Shown here one piece after another: positions 38,614-49,352 of a DNA stretch of 64,000 nucleotides. The notes below the pieces were generated by a model. It made no database searches and had not been told where the DNA came from. It saw only the letters and a list, made by a program, of their open reading frames with translations. The stretch's first letter is position 1. The number at the start of each line of letters is the position of its first letter. A program made the position numbers and the translations under genes. The stretch comes from Tepidimonas sp. (GTDB lineage Bacteria > Pseudomonadota > Gammaproteobacteria > Burkholderiales > Burkholderiaceae_C): contig NZ_JBKBQX010000001.1 of NCBI RefSeq assembly GCF_046292505.1, positions 190,909 to 254,908 of the forward strand, given 5' to 3'.

Positions 38614-39729
38614 TCACGCCCCCGCGCGCAGCGCCTCGGCGACCGCGCGGCCGACGTCGGCGGTGCCGGCACGCCCGCCCAGATCCGGCGTGCGCGGCGC
38701 GTCGCCACCGGCAGCCAACACCGCCTCGATCGCGCGCACGATGGCATCGTGCGCGTCGCGGTGGCCGAGGAAGTCCAGCAGCAGCGCGCCGGACCAGATC
38801 TGCCCGATCGGATTGGCGATGCCGCGGCCGGCGATGTCCGGCGCCGAGCCGTGCACCGGCTCGAACAGCGACGGAAAGCGCCGCTCGGGGTTGAGGTTGG
38901 CCGACGGCGCGATGCCGATCGTGCCGGTGCAGGCCGGCGCCAGGTCGCTGAGGATGTCGCCGAACAGGTTGCTGGCCACCACGACGTCGAAACGATCCGG
39001 CCGCTGCACGAAGTGCGCGGTCAGGATGTCGATGTGGTACTGGTCCACCGCCACGTCCGGGAAGGCCGCCGCCATCGCCCGCACGCGCTCGTCCCAGTAC
39101 GGCATCGTGATCGCGATGCCGTTGGACTTGGTGGCGCTGGTCAGGCGGCCGCGGCGGCGGCGCGCTTGCTCGAACGCAAAGCGCAGCACGCGGTCCACGC
39201 CGTGGCGCGTCATCACCGTCTCCTGCACCACCAGCTCGCGCTCGCTGCCCTCGAACATGCGCCCACCGATGCTGGAGTACTCGCCCTCGGTGTTCTCGCG
39301 CACGATCAGCATGTCGATCTCGCCCGGCGCGTACGGCGTGCCGTCGGCGCGCACCAGCGGGGAGCGCACCCCCGGCATCAGCCGCGCCGGGCGCAGGTTG
39401 ACGTACTGGTCGAACGCGCGGCGAAACTGCAGCAGCGAGCCCCACAGCGAGACGTGGTCCGGGATCTTCTCGGGCCAGCCCACCGCGCCGAAGTAGATCG
39501 CATCGAACCCGCCGAGGATGTCCTGCCAGTCGGGCGGCAGCATGGCGCCGTGGCGCTCGTAGTACGGCCAGCAGGCGAAGTCGAAGGTCTCGAAGCGCAG
39601 CTCGAGGCCGAAGCGGCTGGCCGCGGCCTGCAGCACGCGCAGGCCTTCGGGCATGACCTCGGTGCCGATGCCGTCGCCGGGGATGACGGCGATGCGGTGC
39701 ACCGGGGCGGGGGTGGATGAGACGGTCAT
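38614..39729 (-). CDS. tartrate dehydrogenase/decarboxylase (D-malate dehydrogenase) family, isopropylmalate-dehydrogenase fold
   Basis: From the ATG at 39729: [92 protein letters not shown]. Confidence 0.85.
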   Translation of the reverse strand: MTVSSTPAPVHRIAVIPGDGIGTEVMPEGLRVLQAAASRFGLELRFETFDFACWPYYERHGAMLPPDWQDILGGFDAIYFGAVGWPEKIPDHVSLWGSLLQFRRAFDQYVNLRPARLMPGVRSPLVRADGTPYAPGEIDMLIVRENTEGEYSSIGGRMFEGSERELVVQETVMTRHGVDRVLRFAFEQARRRRGRLTSATKSNGIAITMPYWDERVRAMAAAFPDVAVDQYHIDILTAHFVQRPDRFDVVVASNLFGDILSDLAPACTGTIGIAPSANLNPERRFPSLFEPVHGSAPDIAGRGIANPIGQIWSGALLLDFLGHRDAHDAIVRAIEAVLAAGGDAPRTPDLGGRAGTADVGRAVAEALRAGA

Positions 39730-39767
39730 CAAGCGGTCTCCTTGGTCAGCGTTCCCGGCGCGCCGGG

Positions 39768-40661
39768 TCAGCGCGGCGGGCCGCCGCGCACCACCAGCGC
39801 CACGCCCAGGGCGGTCAGCGCCGTGCCGGTCAGCGTCATGGCGGTGATCGGCTCGCCGAACAGCACCCAGGCGAGCAGCGCGGTGCACGGCGGCACCAGG
39901 TACATCAGGCTGGCCACCGACGCGGCCGCGCCGCGCTGGATCAGCAGGTACAGCAGCGAGCTGCCGCCCAGCGTCAGGCCCAGCACCGACCACGCCATCG
40001 CGCCGGCGGACTCCAGGTTCCAGCGCATCGGCTCGCGCTCGAGCCACGCCAGCGGCAGCGTCACCGCGAGCGCCGCGGCCAGTTGCACGGTGTTGGCGGT
40101 GCGCACGTCGCACGGCGCCAGAAAGCGCTTCTGGTACAGCGTGCCGGTGGTGATCGACAGCAGTGCCGTCACCGCCAAGGCCAAATTCACCGGCGTGGCG
40201 CTGTCGCCCGGGCCGCCGTGGCCAAACTTGTGCCAAACCACCAGCACCAGCCCCGCCAAGCCCAGCGTCAGCCCCAACCACTGGCGCGCCGTGACGCGCC
40301 CGCCGGTGGCGGACAGCCACACCGCCGTCAACACCGGCTGAAGGCCGACGATCAGCGCCGACAACCCCGCCCCCATGCCGGCCTTGACGGCCGCCCACAC
40401 GCCGCCCAAGTAGCCGGCGTGCATCAGGACACCGGTGACCGCCAGGTGCCCCCACTGCGCCGGCGTGCGCGGCCACGCCACGCGGGCAAGCAGGATCCAC
40501 ACGCCGAAGCAGGCGATCGACAGCGCGTAGCGCCAGGCGAGGAAGGTCATCGGCGGCGCGTGCGGCATGCCGAAGCGCGCGACGATGAAGCCCGTGCTCC
40601 AGATCAGCACGAACACCGCGGGCATGGCGCGGATCCAGGCGGAGTCGTCGGCGGCGGTCAT
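39768..40661 (-). CDS. EamA/DMT-family transporter
   Basis: About 10 TM segments forming two EamA-like repeats. The ATG at 40661 overlaps the pgsA stop (ATGA). Confidence 0.8.
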   Translation of the reverse strand: MTAADDSAWIRAMPAVFVLIWSTGFIVARFGMPHAPPMTFLAWRYALSIACFGVWILLARVAWPRTPAQWGHLAVTGVLMHAGYLGGVWAAVKAGMGAGLSALIVGLQPVLTAVWLSATGGRVTARQWLGLTLGLAGLVLVVWHKFGHGGPGDSATPVNLALAVTALLSITTGTLYQKRFLAPCDVRTANTVQLAAALAVTLPLAWLEREPMRWNLESAGAMAWSVLGLTLGGSSLLYLLIQRGAAASVASLMYLVPPCTALLAWVLFGEPITAMTLTGTALTALGVALVVRGGPPR

Positions 40662-41224
40662 CGGGCGCGGGCGCGAATCTCGGGGACGGCCTTGTTCAAG
40701 TAATACACCATGGACCACACCGTCAGTACCGCAGCGGCCCAAATCAGCCCGGTGCCCCACCAGCGCGTGTCGATGCCAATCACCACCCCGTCGTAGAGCA
40801 GGAACGGGATCGCCACCATTTGCGTGGCTGTCTTGGCTTTGCCCACCATATGGACGGCCACACTGCGCACCGCGCCGATGGTGGCCATCCATTCCCGCAG
40901 GGCCGAGATGGCGATCTCGCGCCCGATGATGATGAGCGCAACGAACACATGGACGCGATCCAGACTGACCAGCTCCAGCACGCAGGCGCAGACCAAAAAC
41001 TTGTCCGCCACCGGGTCCAAAAAAGCGCCGAAGGCCGACGTCTGGTTGAGCCGTCGCGCCAGATAGCCGTCGGCCCAGTCGGTCAGCGCAAACACCACGA
41101 ACAGCACGGTGGCCAGTGCGTTTTGCGCCGGCAGCGCCAACCCGGGCCAATGAAAAACCGCGACGATCAGCGGGATCGCGGCGATGCGGGCCCAGGTCAG
41201 CAGCGTCGGCAAGTTGAAAAACAT
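40658..41224 (-). CDS. pgsA: CDP-diacylglycerol--glycerol-3-phosphate 3-phosphatidyltransferase
   Basis: CDP-alcohol phosphotransferase motif DWADGYLARR...GAFLDPVADK. 188 aa. In the conserved uvrC-pgsA arrangement. Confidence 0.95.
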   Translation of the reverse strand: MFFNLPTLLTWARIAAIPLIVAVFHWPGLALPAQNALATVLFVVFALTDWADGYLARRLNQTSAFGAFLDPVADKFLVCACVLELVSLDRVHVFVALIIIGREIAISALREWMATIGAVRSVAVHMVGKAKTATQMVAIPFLLYDGVVIGIDTRWWGTGLIWAAAVLTVWSMVYYLNKAVPEIRARAR

Positions 41225-41243
41225 GGCCTACGATTATGCGGCC

Positions 41244-43250
41244 TTATCCGTGCAGGGCCCGGTAGATCGTCTCGGCCAGTTCGGCGGAAATCCCATCGAC
41301 CGCAGCCAAATCCTCCACGCTGGCCGCGGCAACCCCCCGCACCCCGCCAAACCGCGCCAGCAGGCGGGCGCGCTTCTTGGGGCCGACGCCGGGGATGTCC
41401 TCCAGCCGGCTGCCGCCGGTGCGGGCCTTGGCGCGGCGCGCCCGCATGCCGGTGATCGCAAAGCGGTGCGCCTCGTCGCGGATCTGCGCCACCAGCATCA
41501 GCGCCGCGGAGTCGGCACCCAGGTAGATCTTTTCCCGCCCGTCAGCAAACACCAGTTCCTCCAGCCCGACCTTGCGGCCCTCGCCCTTTTCCACCCCGAC
41601 CAGGCGCCCCACATCCAGGCCCAGGGCACCAAACACCTCGCGCGCGACGTTGACCTGGCCCACACCGCCATCGATGAGCACCACGTCGGGCAAACGGGCC
41701 TGGGCCTCGCCGCGGGGGCGGGCCGCTTGCTGCGCATCCGCCCCCGCGGCGGCCACCCCCGCGTCGCCACCGGTGTCCGCCAGCGCGGCCGCCAGCTTGC
41801 CGTAGCGGCGCAGCAGCACTTGGCGCATGGCGGCATAGTCGTCGCCCGGCGTGATGCCCTCGATGGCATAGCGCCGGTATTGCGAGGGCTGCATCTGGTG
41901 GCCTTCGAACACCACGCACGACGCCATGGTCGCCTCGCCCGCGGTGTGCGAGATGTCGAAGCACTCGATGCGCAACGCGCCCAAGGCCTCGGGCGTCTCG
42001 GCGGGCAGGCCCAGCGCCTCGGCCAGGGCACGGGTGCGCGCCTGCTGCGATCCCTCTTCCGCAAGCAGGCGCGCCAGTTGCAGATCGGCGTTTTTCTGCG
42101 CCATCTCCAGCCACAGCCGGCGTTGCTCGCGCGGATGGAACACGGGCCGCAACCGCACCCCGGTCTGCTCGGACAGAGCCGCCAGCAACGCCTCGTCCAC
42201 CGGCGCCCCCAGCACGAGCACGGGCGGCGGCGGCACCTGGGTGTAGTGCTGGGCCAGAAAAGCTTCCAGCACGCGCTGCTCCACCGTGCCCGGCTGGTCC
42301 GGATCGGCCAACGCCGCGCCGTCCTCCACATGCGCCGGGAAGGCGGGCCGGTCCCCCAGGTGGCGCCCGCCGCGCACCATCGCCAGGTTGACGCACGCCC
42401 GCCCCCCCTGCACCCGCACGGCCAGAATATCCACGTCCTGGTCGTCCAGACTTTCCATGCTCTGCTGGTGCAGCACGCGCGACAGGGCCGCGATCTGGTT
42501 GCGCACCTCGGCCGCCTGCTCGAACGCCAGCCGCTCCGCGTGGGCAAACATGCGCGCCTCCAGTTCCGCCAGCACGGCTTGGCTCTCGCCGTTCAGGAAG
42601 GCGCTGGCTGCCCGCACATCGGCCGCGTAATCCGCAGGCGACACCAGGCCCACGCACGGGCCGCTGCAGCGCTTGATCTGGTAGAGCAGGCACGGCCGGG
42701 TCCGGTGCGCAAACACCGTGTCCTCGCAGGTGCGCAGGCGAAACACCTTTTGCAAGAGTTGGATCGTCTCCTTCACCGCCCAGGCGCTGGGATAAGGACC
42801 AAAGTACTGGTGGCGCCGATCCACCGCCCCACGGTAGTACGACATGCGCGGATAATGGTCGGGGTTGGCAACGCCGGGCGTTCGCCCTGCCTGGGGGGCA
42901 TCGGGCACCCAGGTGCTCGCGCTCAGGCGCAGATAGGGATAGCTCTTGTCGTCGCGAAACAGAATGTTGTAGCGCGGCTGTTGGGTCTTGATCAGGTTGT
43001 TTTCCAGCAGCAGCGCTTCCGCTTCGGAGCGCACCACCGTGGTCTCCAGCCGTGCGATCTTGCCCACCATGTGGCCGATGCGCGTGCCGTCGTGGGTTTT
43101 CTGAAAGTAGCTGCTGACGCGCTTTTTCAGATCGCGCGCCTTGCCCACATAGAGCAGCGTGCCGGCCTCGTCGAAATACCGGTACACGCCCGGCAGCGAC
43201 GGCAAGGCCGCTACCGCGCGCAACAACTCGTCCGAATGCACAGCTGACAT
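41244..43250 (-). CDS. uvrC: excinuclease ABC subunit C
   Basis: GIY-YIG domain ([30 protein letters not shown]), a UVR domain, an endonuclease V-like domain and a C-terminal (HhH)2. The ATG at 43250 matches the E. coli N-terminus. Confidence 0.95.
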   Translation of the reverse strand: MSAVHSDELLRAVAALPSLPGVYRYFDEAGTLLYVGKARDLKKRVSSYFQKTHDGTRIGHMVGKIARLETTVVRSEAEALLLENNLIKTQQPRYNILFRDDKSYPYLRLSASTWVPDAPQAGRTPGVANPDHYPRMSYYRGAVDRRHQYFGPYPSAWAVKETIQLLQKVFRLRTCEDTVFAHRTRPCLLYQIKRCSGPCVGLVSPADYAADVRAASAFLNGESQAVLAELEARMFAHAERLAFEQAAEVRNQIAALSRVLHQQSMESLDDQDVDILAVRVQGGRACVNLAMVRGGRHLGDRPAFPAHVEDGAALADPDQPGTVEQRVLEAFLAQHYTQVPPPPVLVLGAPVDEALLAALSEQTGVRLRPVFHPREQRRLWLEMAQKNADLQLARLLAEEGSQQARTRALAEALGLPAETPEALGALRIECFDISHTAGEATMASCVVFEGHQMQPSQYRRYAIEGITPGDDYAAMRQVLLRRYGKLAAALADTGGDAGVAAAGADAQQAARPRGEAQARLPDVVLIDGGVGQVNVAREVFGALGLDVGRLVGVEKGEGRKVGLEELVFADGREKIYLGADSAALMLVAQIRDEAHRFAITGMRARRAKARTGGSRLEDIPGVGPKKRARLLARFGGVRGVAAASVEDLAAVDGISAELAETIYRALHG

Positions 43251-44439
43251 GTCCGATCCCGTCTTGCACTCCACCGCGTCGGCCACCAGGGGCCACGACA
43301 GCGTGCACTGTACCGCGCCCGTCGCTGCGCGTTCGCCGGATGCGGCAACCCCCGCGCTGACCTGGGACGTGTTTTGCCATGTCATCGACAACTGGGGCGA
43401 TGTGGGCGTCTGCTGGCGACTGTGTCAGCAACTCGCCACGGCGGGCCAGCGGGTGCGGCTGTGGATCGACGAGGCCGATGCGCTGGACTGGATGGCCCCC
43501 GGCGCCCGCGCGGGGCGCGTGCCCGGCGTGCACGTCCACCCGTGGCCCCGCGACCAGGGCGACCCCCCGCCCCCGGCCTTGTCCCCCGCAGACGTGCTGG
43601 TGGAGGCCTTTGGCTGCCATGTGCCCGATGCCTGGGTAGCGGCGCTGCTGCCGCCCACCGGCTGCGACGGTCGGCCCACCGTCTGGCTGAATCTGGAGTA
43701 CCTCAGCGCGGAACCGTGGGTCGCGCGCAGCCACGGCCTGCCCTCGCCCGTGCTCAGTGGTCCGTTGGCGGGACGCAGCAAGTGGTTTTTCTTCCCGGGC
43801 TTCGCGTCCGACACCGGCGGACTGCTGCGCGAGGCGGACTTGGCGCAACGCCAGGCCCACTTCGACGCCCAGAGCTGGCGTGCGGCCCTTGGGCCTCACG
43901 ACGGCCCCTGGGTCAGCCTGTTTTGCTACGAGCCGAGCGCCTTGCCCTGGCTGATCGCCCAACCGGCTCTGGCGACCGCGCAATGGCTGGTCGCAGCCGG
44001 CCGCAGCGCCGCGGCCTGGGCCGCACTGGCGCCCCCCTTGCCGAGCGGCGCTGCCGTACGCGTGCTCGACGGCGTGCCGCAGCCCGCCTTCGACGAGCGT
44101 CTGTGGGCGTGCGACCTCAACCTGGTGCGCGGGGAGGACTCTCTGGTGCGCGCCCTGTGGGCCGGACGGGCTTTCCTGTGGCAGCTCTATCCGCAGGACG
44201 ATGGCGCCCACCACGACAAGCTGGAGGCGTTTCTGGCCTGGCTGGACGCCCCGGCGGACTGGCAGGCTTGGCTGAGGGTGTGGAATGGCGCCCCGGGAAT
44301 CACCCCGCCCGCGCTGACAACCGAGCGCCTCGCCCAGTGGCAGGCCGCCGCCCGCGCCGCCCGCGACCGTTTGTGCAGGCAGGACGATCTGTTGACGCGG
44401 CTGCTGGCCTTCGTGCACGGCCGCCGCGGTACAATGTGA
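43249..44439 (+). CDS. earP: EF-P arginine-32 rhamnosyltransferase EarP
   Basis: Hallmark N-terminal motif [20 protein letters not shown] (EarP/DUF2331), directly upstream of an Arg32-type efp. The start is uncertain: the ATG at 43249 overlaps the uvrC ATG, and the GTG at 43303 is an alternative. Confidence 0.85.
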   Translation: MSDPVLHSTASATRGHDSVHCTAPVAARSPDAATPALTWDVFCHVIDNWGDVGVCWRLCQQLATAGQRVRLWIDEADALDWMAPGARAGRVPGVHVHPWPRDQGDPPPPALSPADVLVEAFGCHVPDAWVAALLPPTGCDGRPTVWLNLEYLSAEPWVARSHGLPSPVLSGPLAGRSKWFFFPGFASDTGGLLREADLAQRQAHFDAQSWRAALGPHDGPWVSLFCYEPSALPWLIAQPALATAQWLVAAGRSAAAWAALAPPLPSGAAVRVLDGVPQPAFDERLWACDLNLVRGEDSLVRALWAGRAFLWQLYPQDDGAHHDKLEAFLAWLDAPADWQAWLRVWNGAPGITPPALTTERLAQWQAAARAARDRLCRQDDLLTRLLAFVHGRRGTM

Positions 44440-44476
44440 GGTTTATCAGTCGAATCATTCCCCCGCCAGAGGTACC

Positions 44477-45031
44477 ATGAAACTCGCCCAAGAAATCCGC
44501 GCCGGCAACGTGATCATGCAGGGCAAGGACCCGATGATCGTCCTCAAGACCGAATACCAGCGCGGCGGCCGCGGCGCCGCCACCGTGCGCATGAAGCTCA
44601 AAGCGCTGCTGAACAACAGCGCCACCGAGGTCGTCTTCAAGGCCGACGACAAGATCGACAACATCATCCTCGACAAGAAGGAGTGCACCTACTCCTACTT
44701 TGCCGACCCGATGTACGTCTGGATGGACAGCGAGTACAACCAGTACGAGGTCGAAGCCGACAACATGGGCGACGCGCTCAACTACCTCGAAGACGGCATG
44801 GCCGCCGAGGTGGTGTTCTACGAGGGCAAGGCCATCTCGGTGGAACTGCCGACGTCGCTGGTGCGCGAAGTCACCTGGACCGAGCCGGCCGTCAAGGGCG
44901 ACACCTCGGGTAAGGTGCTCAAGCCCGCCAAGATCGCCACCGGCTTCGAGGTCATGGTGCCGATCTTCGTCGAGCAAGGCGACAAGATCGAGATCGACAC
45001 GCGCACCGGTGAATACCGCAAGCGCGTCTGA
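44477..45031 (+). CDS. efp: elongation factor P (Arg32 type)
   Basis: 184 aa. The loop sequence [18 protein letters not shown] places Arg at position 32, where Lys34-type EF-P carries the modified lysine. Confidence 0.95.
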   Translation: MKLAQEIRAGNVIMQGKDPMIVLKTEYQRGGRGAATVRMKLKALLNNSATEVVFKADDKIDNIILDKKECTYSYFADPMYVWMDSEYNQYEVEADNMGDALNYLEDGMAAEVVFYEGKAISVELPTSLVREVTWTEPAVKGDTSGKVLKPAKIATGFEVMVPIFVEQGDKIEIDTRTGEYRKRV

Positions 45032-45087
45032 TTCCTGACACGCCGAGACCGGGTGTCGGAATTTGCCGCCGCCCCTGGAATCCAACA

Positions 45088-45108
45088 GGCCCCACCCGGG
45101 GCCTTTTT
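45088..45108 (+). terminator. rho-independent terminator after efp
   Basis: GGCCCC-ACCC-GGGGCC hairpin followed by TTTTT. Confidence 0.7.
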
Positions 45109-45130
45109 CACGCCTGGAGCTCCCGCAATC

Positions 45131-46060
45131 ATGCACGACGACGCCACCGCCCCCACGCATCCGGACCACGTCCACGACTTGCAAGCTCGCCGGCTGGCCG
45201 ATGCCATCGTCGAGATGCACCTGCTGTCCGAAGACGGCACCCGCCCGCCGCCCGACGCCTACCGGCTGGCATTCGCCGACCCGGAGTTCCTGCTGCGGCG
45301 CGAGACACGCGGCATCCGCTTCCAGCTCGAGTTGCTCAAGCCCGATCTGGCACAGGCCGACGCCGGCATCGAAAACACCATCGTCGTATTTGGCAGCGCG
45401 CGCTTTCGCGAACCCGCCGAGGCCGATGCCGCGTGGCACCGGGCACAGGCCAGTGGCGAATCGGAAGCGATCCGCCGTGCCGAGGCGCTGCGCCGCAACG
45501 CCCGCTTCTACGACGAGGCGCGGCGCTTTGCCCAACTGGTGGCGGCCTACAGCCAATCCTGCCCCAAGGCGGATCAGCTCTACATCGTCACGGGCGGGGG
45601 GCCCGGCATCATGGAAGCGGCCAACCGCGGCGCGCACGACCTCGGCGCGCCCAGCGTCGGGCTCAACATCCTGCTGCCGCACGAACAGGCCCCCAACCCC
45701 TACATCAGCCGCGAGCTGTGCTTCAAGTTCCACTACTTTGCGCTGCGCAAGATGCACTTTCTGATGCGCGCGAAGGCGCTGGTGGCCTTCCCCGGCGGCT
45801 TCGGCACGCTGGACGAGCTGTTCGAGGTGCTGACCCTGGTGCAGACCCGCAAGGCCAAGCCGGTGCCGGTGTTCCTGTACGGCAGCGCGTACTGGAAGCG
45901 CCTGATCGACTTCGACGCCATGGTCGACGAGGGCGTCATCTCGCCCGAAGACCTGGATCTGTTCACCTATGTGGACACGCCCGAGGCGGCCTGGGAAGGC
46001 ATTCGCCACTTCTACGGCCTACCCGAGGCCTGCCCGGTGGACGGCCCCCTCGGCACTTGA
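45131..46060 (+). CDS. LOG/TIGR00730-family nucleotide 5'-monophosphate nucleosidase (PpnN-like)
   Basis: Core motifs IVVFGSAR, TGGGPGIMEAANRGA and PGGFGTLDELFEVLTLVQT. The ATG at 45131 is preferred. Confidence 0.8.
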   Translation: MHDDATAPTHPDHVHDLQARRLADAIVEMHLLSEDGTRPPPDAYRLAFADPEFLLRRETRGIRFQLELLKPDLAQADAGIENTIVVFGSARFREPAEADAAWHRAQASGESEAIRRAEALRRNARFYDEARRFAQLVAAYSQSCPKADQLYIVTGGGPGIMEAANRGAHDLGAPSVGLNILLPHEQAPNPYISRELCFKFHYFALRKMHFLMRAKALVAFPGGFGTLDELFEVLTLVQTRKAKPVPVFLYGSAYWKRLIDFDAMVDEGVISPEDLDLFTYVDTPEAAWEGIRHFYGLPEACPVDGPLGT

Positions 46061-46090
46061 GCGGGACGGCTTCAGCGAAACGAGCCCGCG

Positions 46091-46438
46091 TCAGCGGTCC
46101 GCCGCGCGGCGCTCCGGCACGGCGTCGCGCGGGACGAGCGCTCTGGACGCCAAGCGCATGTGCAGCGCCGCTTGCGCCATCAGGTTGGCGGACACCGGCG
46201 CCGTCACGAAGACAAACAGCGTGATCAGCAGTTCCGCGATGCCGGGTCGGCCATGCGCCAGTGTGACCAGCATGGACGCGATCAGCACTCCGCCCACGCC
46301 CAGTGTGGAGGCCTTAGTGGGGGCGTGCAGCCGCATGTAGAAGTCGGGGAAGCGGATCAGCCCGATCGCCCCGACGAGCAGAAAAAACGACGCGACCAGG
46401 ATCAACACCGCGGCCAGGTTTTCCAGTACGACGCTCAC
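46091..46438 (-). CDS. mrpG: monovalent cation/H+ antiporter subunit G (operon 1)
   Basis: 115 aa with 3 TM segments and an MnhG/PhaG-like signature (GLIRFPDFYMRLHAPTKASTLG). Confidence 0.85.
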   Translation of the reverse strand: MSVVLENLAAVLILVASFFLLVGAIGLIRFPDFYMRLHAPTKASTLGVGGVLIASMLVTLAHGRPGIAELLITLFVFVTAPVSANLMAQAALHMRLASRALVPRDAVPERRAADR

Positions 46439-46451
46439 GTTCGGCCCCTTC

Positions 46452-46733
46452 TCACTCGATCACGTCACCGCGGGTGACATAGCGGGCCAGCGCGACGGTC
46501 GAGACGAACCCCAGCATGGCCACGATCAGCGCCGCCTCGAACAGCAGCTCGGTGTCGAAACGAATGTCGAGCAGGATGATGAGGGCGACCATCCCCATGT
46601 AGAGGGTGTCGAGCGCCAGGATGCGGTCGGGCAGCTCGGGCCCCCGCAGCAGGCGCCAACTGCACAACAGCACCGACAGCGCCACGACGACGATGCCGAT
46701 GTTGAGCGCCCACAGGAGCAATGGACTGCTCAT
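46452..46733 (-). CDS. mrpF: monovalent cation/H+ antiporter subunit F (operon 1)
   Basis: 93 aa from the ATG at 46733, which overlaps the subunit E stop. MnhF-like motifs RLLRGPELPDRILALD and LGFVSTVALARY. Confidence 0.85.
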   Translation of the reverse strand: MSSPLLLWALNIGIVVVALSVLLCSWRLLRGPELPDRILALDTLYMGMVALIILLDIRFDTELLFEAALIVAMLGFVSTVALARYVTRGDVIE

Positions 46734-47308
46734 GCCTGCCCTCCCGTGCGCACACCGTGCGGGCTGTTGAGATCGACCTGAAAAATCCGCATCAGCGGAG
46801 CTTCGTAGCGGGCCTTCATGTCGGCCACCATCGCTTGCGGATCGTCGCAATTGAGGGCGTGGACCAGGATTTCGCGCCGCCTTTCGTCGATGGTCATGGA
46901 CACGGTCCCCGGTGTGGTGGTGATGATGCTGGCGAACAGCGCATTGACGCGCGGATGGTCGGTGGCCAACGGCACGCGCAACCACGCGGGACGCGGCCGC
47001 TGCATCGACCCGAGCGTGAGGCGAGCCACCGTGACATTGGACACCACGATGTCCCACAACACCACCAGCAGCAGGCGCACCACCGTCGGCCAGTGCAGGC
47101 GACTCGCATCGCCCAGAAAGGGGGCGAGCAGGCGCGGCACGCCCCAGGCCAGCGCCAGCGCCGACAGCAGGTGCACCAGCGCCAGGCTGTGGGACAGCAT
47201 CAGCCAGGTCACGCCGAGCTGCAGCGACAGCACCGGATGCGGAAACAGCACCCGCCAGCCGGTGGGCGGCGTGCCGGGGCGGGTCGGCTCACGGGGGAGG
47301 GTGCTCAT
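46730..47308 (-). CDS. mrpE: monovalent cation/H+ antiporter subunit E (operon 1)
   Basis: 192 aa. MnhE-like motif (ITTTPGTVSMTIDERRREILVHAL), with overlapping stops and starts on both sides. Confidence 0.8.
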   Translation of the reverse strand: MSTLPREPTRPGTPPTGWRVLFPHPVLSLQLGVTWLMLSHSLALVHLLSALALAWGVPRLLAPFLGDASRLHWPTVVRLLLVVLWDIVVSNVTVARLTLGSMQRPRPAWLRVPLATDHPRVNALFASIITTTPGTVSMTIDERRREILVHALNCDDPQAMVADMKARYEAPLMRIFQVDLNSPHGVRTGGQA

Positions 47309-48978
47309 GGCCGGCTCTCCTGTGCATCGATCGACGTTGCCGTGGGGCTGCTGGGCGCGGCCGGGCGGCGGCCGTCATAGGGCCGCGTGGTGGGCACGCC
47401 CACGCCGCCCTGGCGGGCCAGAACGGCGCTGGCATAGCGGGCCTTGTCGGTCAATTGCTGGGCCAAGGCGTCGGTGTAGTCCTTGATGGGCGCGGCCCAG
47501 ACGGCCATGGCCACGGTCACGGCCATGAAGGCCCATGGGGCAGCCAGCAAGCGGGCGCTGGTGCCCGACGCCTGCGGCGCTGCGGCGGGCTGCACATGCC
47601 AGAACATGACGACACCGGCGCGGGCCAGCCCCAACAGCGTCAAAAAGCCCACCCCGATCAGCACGCTCCACACCCAAGGCTGCGCGGGCAGTCCCGCCGT
47701 GCTTTGCAACAGCATCACTTTGCCCAAAAACCCAGGCAGCGGTGGCAAGCCCGCCGCCGACGCCGCGCCGAACAGCATCATGACGCCGAGCAGCACGGGC
47801 TCGCGCACCGCGGGAGCGGGCTGCAGCCGGTCGTGCATGGCCCCGCGCTGCGCCGCGGCCAGTTCCACGAACAAAAACAGTCCCGCGATCACGACGGTGC
47901 TGTGCAGCAGGTAGTACATCGCCGCAGACAAGGTCTCTGGCGTGAACAGGGCCACCCCCGCAACGATCGTGCCCACCGAGGACACGGTCAGATACGCGAC
48001 CAGCCGCCCCAGGGTGTGGGCCGCCAGCGCGCCCAACACCCCCAGGACACTCGTCAACAGCGCCACGGGCAGCAGCCAGGGCTGTACCGTCAGCGACGCG
48101 GCGCCCGCATCCACCCCAAAAATCACCCAATGGACGCGCACGATGCTGTAGACGCCCACCTTGGTCATGATGGCGAACAGCGCCGCCACGGGGGCGCTGG
48201 CTGCGGCATAGGTCCCCGGCAGCCAAAAGTACAGCGGCACGAGCGCCGCCTTCAGGCCGAACACCACCAGCAGGATCAGCGCGGCGGACTGCGCCAGCCG
48301 CAGCGACGCACCATCCAGCCGCGCCACGTGCAAGGCGGCATCGGCCATGTTGAGCGTGCCAGTGACCGAGTAGAACATGGACAACCCGATCAGAAACAGC
48401 GCCGATGCCGTCAAGTTGAGCACCACATAGTGCACCCCCATGCGCAAGCGCTCACGCCCCAGGCCGTGCAGCATCAGCACATAAGACGCGATCAGCAGCA
48501 CCTCGAAAAAGACGAACAGGTTGAACAGGTCGCCCGTGAGGAACGCCCCACTGAGCCCCATCAGCTGGAAATGGAAAATGGCATGGAAATGCCGGCCGCG
48601 CGTGTCCCACCCCCCGCAGGCGTACCACAGCACCGGGACCGCCACCAGGTACGTCAGCAGCACCATCAGCGCCGACAAGCGGTCGAGCACCAGCACGATG
48701 CCAAACGGTGCTGGCCACTCGCCCAGCTCGTAGACGGTCAACTCTCCCCCGCTGGCCCGGTTCACCAGCGCCATGGCCAGGGCCAGCCCCAGCAGCGCCG
48801 ACGCCAGGCTGAGGCGCCGCCGCCAGACCACCCGCCCGCCCTCGTGCCCGCCCCCTTGGGCGGACATCCCGGCGTGATCGCCCAACAACAACAGGGCCAT
48901 CCCGGTGAAGGACGGCACCAGCACCGACAGCACCGGGGCGTGCTGACCCCAAAAACCCAGCAACGCCGCCCCCATCAC
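47305..48978 (-). CDS. mrpD: monovalent cation/H+ antiporter subunit D (NuoM/N-like, operon 1)
   Basis: 557 aa and polytopic, with the proton-pump motif WLPGTYAAASAPVAALFAIMTKVGVY. Confidence 0.9.
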   Translation of the reverse strand: MMGAALLGFWGQHAPVLSVLVPSFTGMALLLLGDHAGMSAQGGGHEGGRVVWRRRLSLASALLGLALAMALVNRASGGELTVYELGEWPAPFGIVLVLDRLSALMVLLTYLVAVPVLWYACGGWDTRGRHFHAIFHFQLMGLSGAFLTGDLFNLFVFFEVLLIASYVLMLHGLGRERLRMGVHYVVLNLTASALFLIGLSMFYSVTGTLNMADAALHVARLDGASLRLAQSAALILLVVFGLKAALVPLYFWLPGTYAAASAPVAALFAIMTKVGVYSIVRVHWVIFGVDAGAASLTVQPWLLPVALLTSVLGVLGALAAHTLGRLVAYLTVSSVGTIVAGVALFTPETLSAAMYYLLHSTVVIAGLFLFVELAAAQRGAMHDRLQPAPAVREPVLLGVMMLFGAASAAGLPPLPGFLGKVMLLQSTAGLPAQPWVWSVLIGVGFLTLLGLARAGVVMFWHVQPAAAPQASGTSARLLAAPWAFMAVTVAMAVWAAPIKDYTDALAQQLTDKARYASAVLARQGGVGVPTTRPYDGRRPAAPSSPTATSIDAQESRP

Positions 48979-49352
48979 GCTGCCCCTCCGTCACGCGCAC
49001 CCGGCGCCGCCCCGCGGCTGCCGCCCGGCTCGGCCCCGTCCACATGGTCGCTGCCCCCCTCGTGGTGGCTGCGCAACGCCAGCTCCACGATGAAGCCGGT
49101 GGTGGCAAAGCCGATCACGATCGCTGTCAGCACCAGGGCCTGGGGCAGCGGATCCGCCACGGGCTCGTTGCCGACGAGGATCGGGTACGCGTCGATCCAC
49201 AGCCGCCCCATGACGAAGATGAACACGTTGACCGCGTAGCTGATCAGCGACAGGCCAAGCACCACCGGGAAGGTCCGCCCGCGCAGCAGCAGGTAGATGC
49301 CACAGGCGGTCACCAGCCCCATGCCCGTGGCCACGAGAAACTCCATGCTCAT
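48975..49352 (-). CDS. mrpC: monovalent cation/H+ antiporter subunit C (NuoK-like, operon 1)
   Basis: 125 aa with 3 TM segments and DPLPQALVLTAIVIGFA. Confidence 0.9.
   Translation of the reverse strand: MSMEFLVATGMGLVTACGIYLLLRGRTFPVVLGLSLISYAVNVFIFVMGRLWIDAYPILVGNEPVADPLPQALVLTAIVIGFATTGFIVELALRSHHEGGSDHVDGAEPGGSRGAAPGARDGGAA

Noticed and set aside
41542-44418. Very long ORFs antisense to, or out of frame with, well-supported genes. Examples: 958 aa at 41542..44418, 593 aa at 869..2650, 935 aa at 49355..52162, 638 aa at 58080..59996 and 594 aa at 7539..9323.
   Set aside because: Their translations are Arg/Pro/Gly/Ala-rich low-complexity strings with no recognisable motifs. Each is fully shadowed by a gene with clear family signatures. 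Stop-codon-poor alternative frames are expected in GC-rich DNA.
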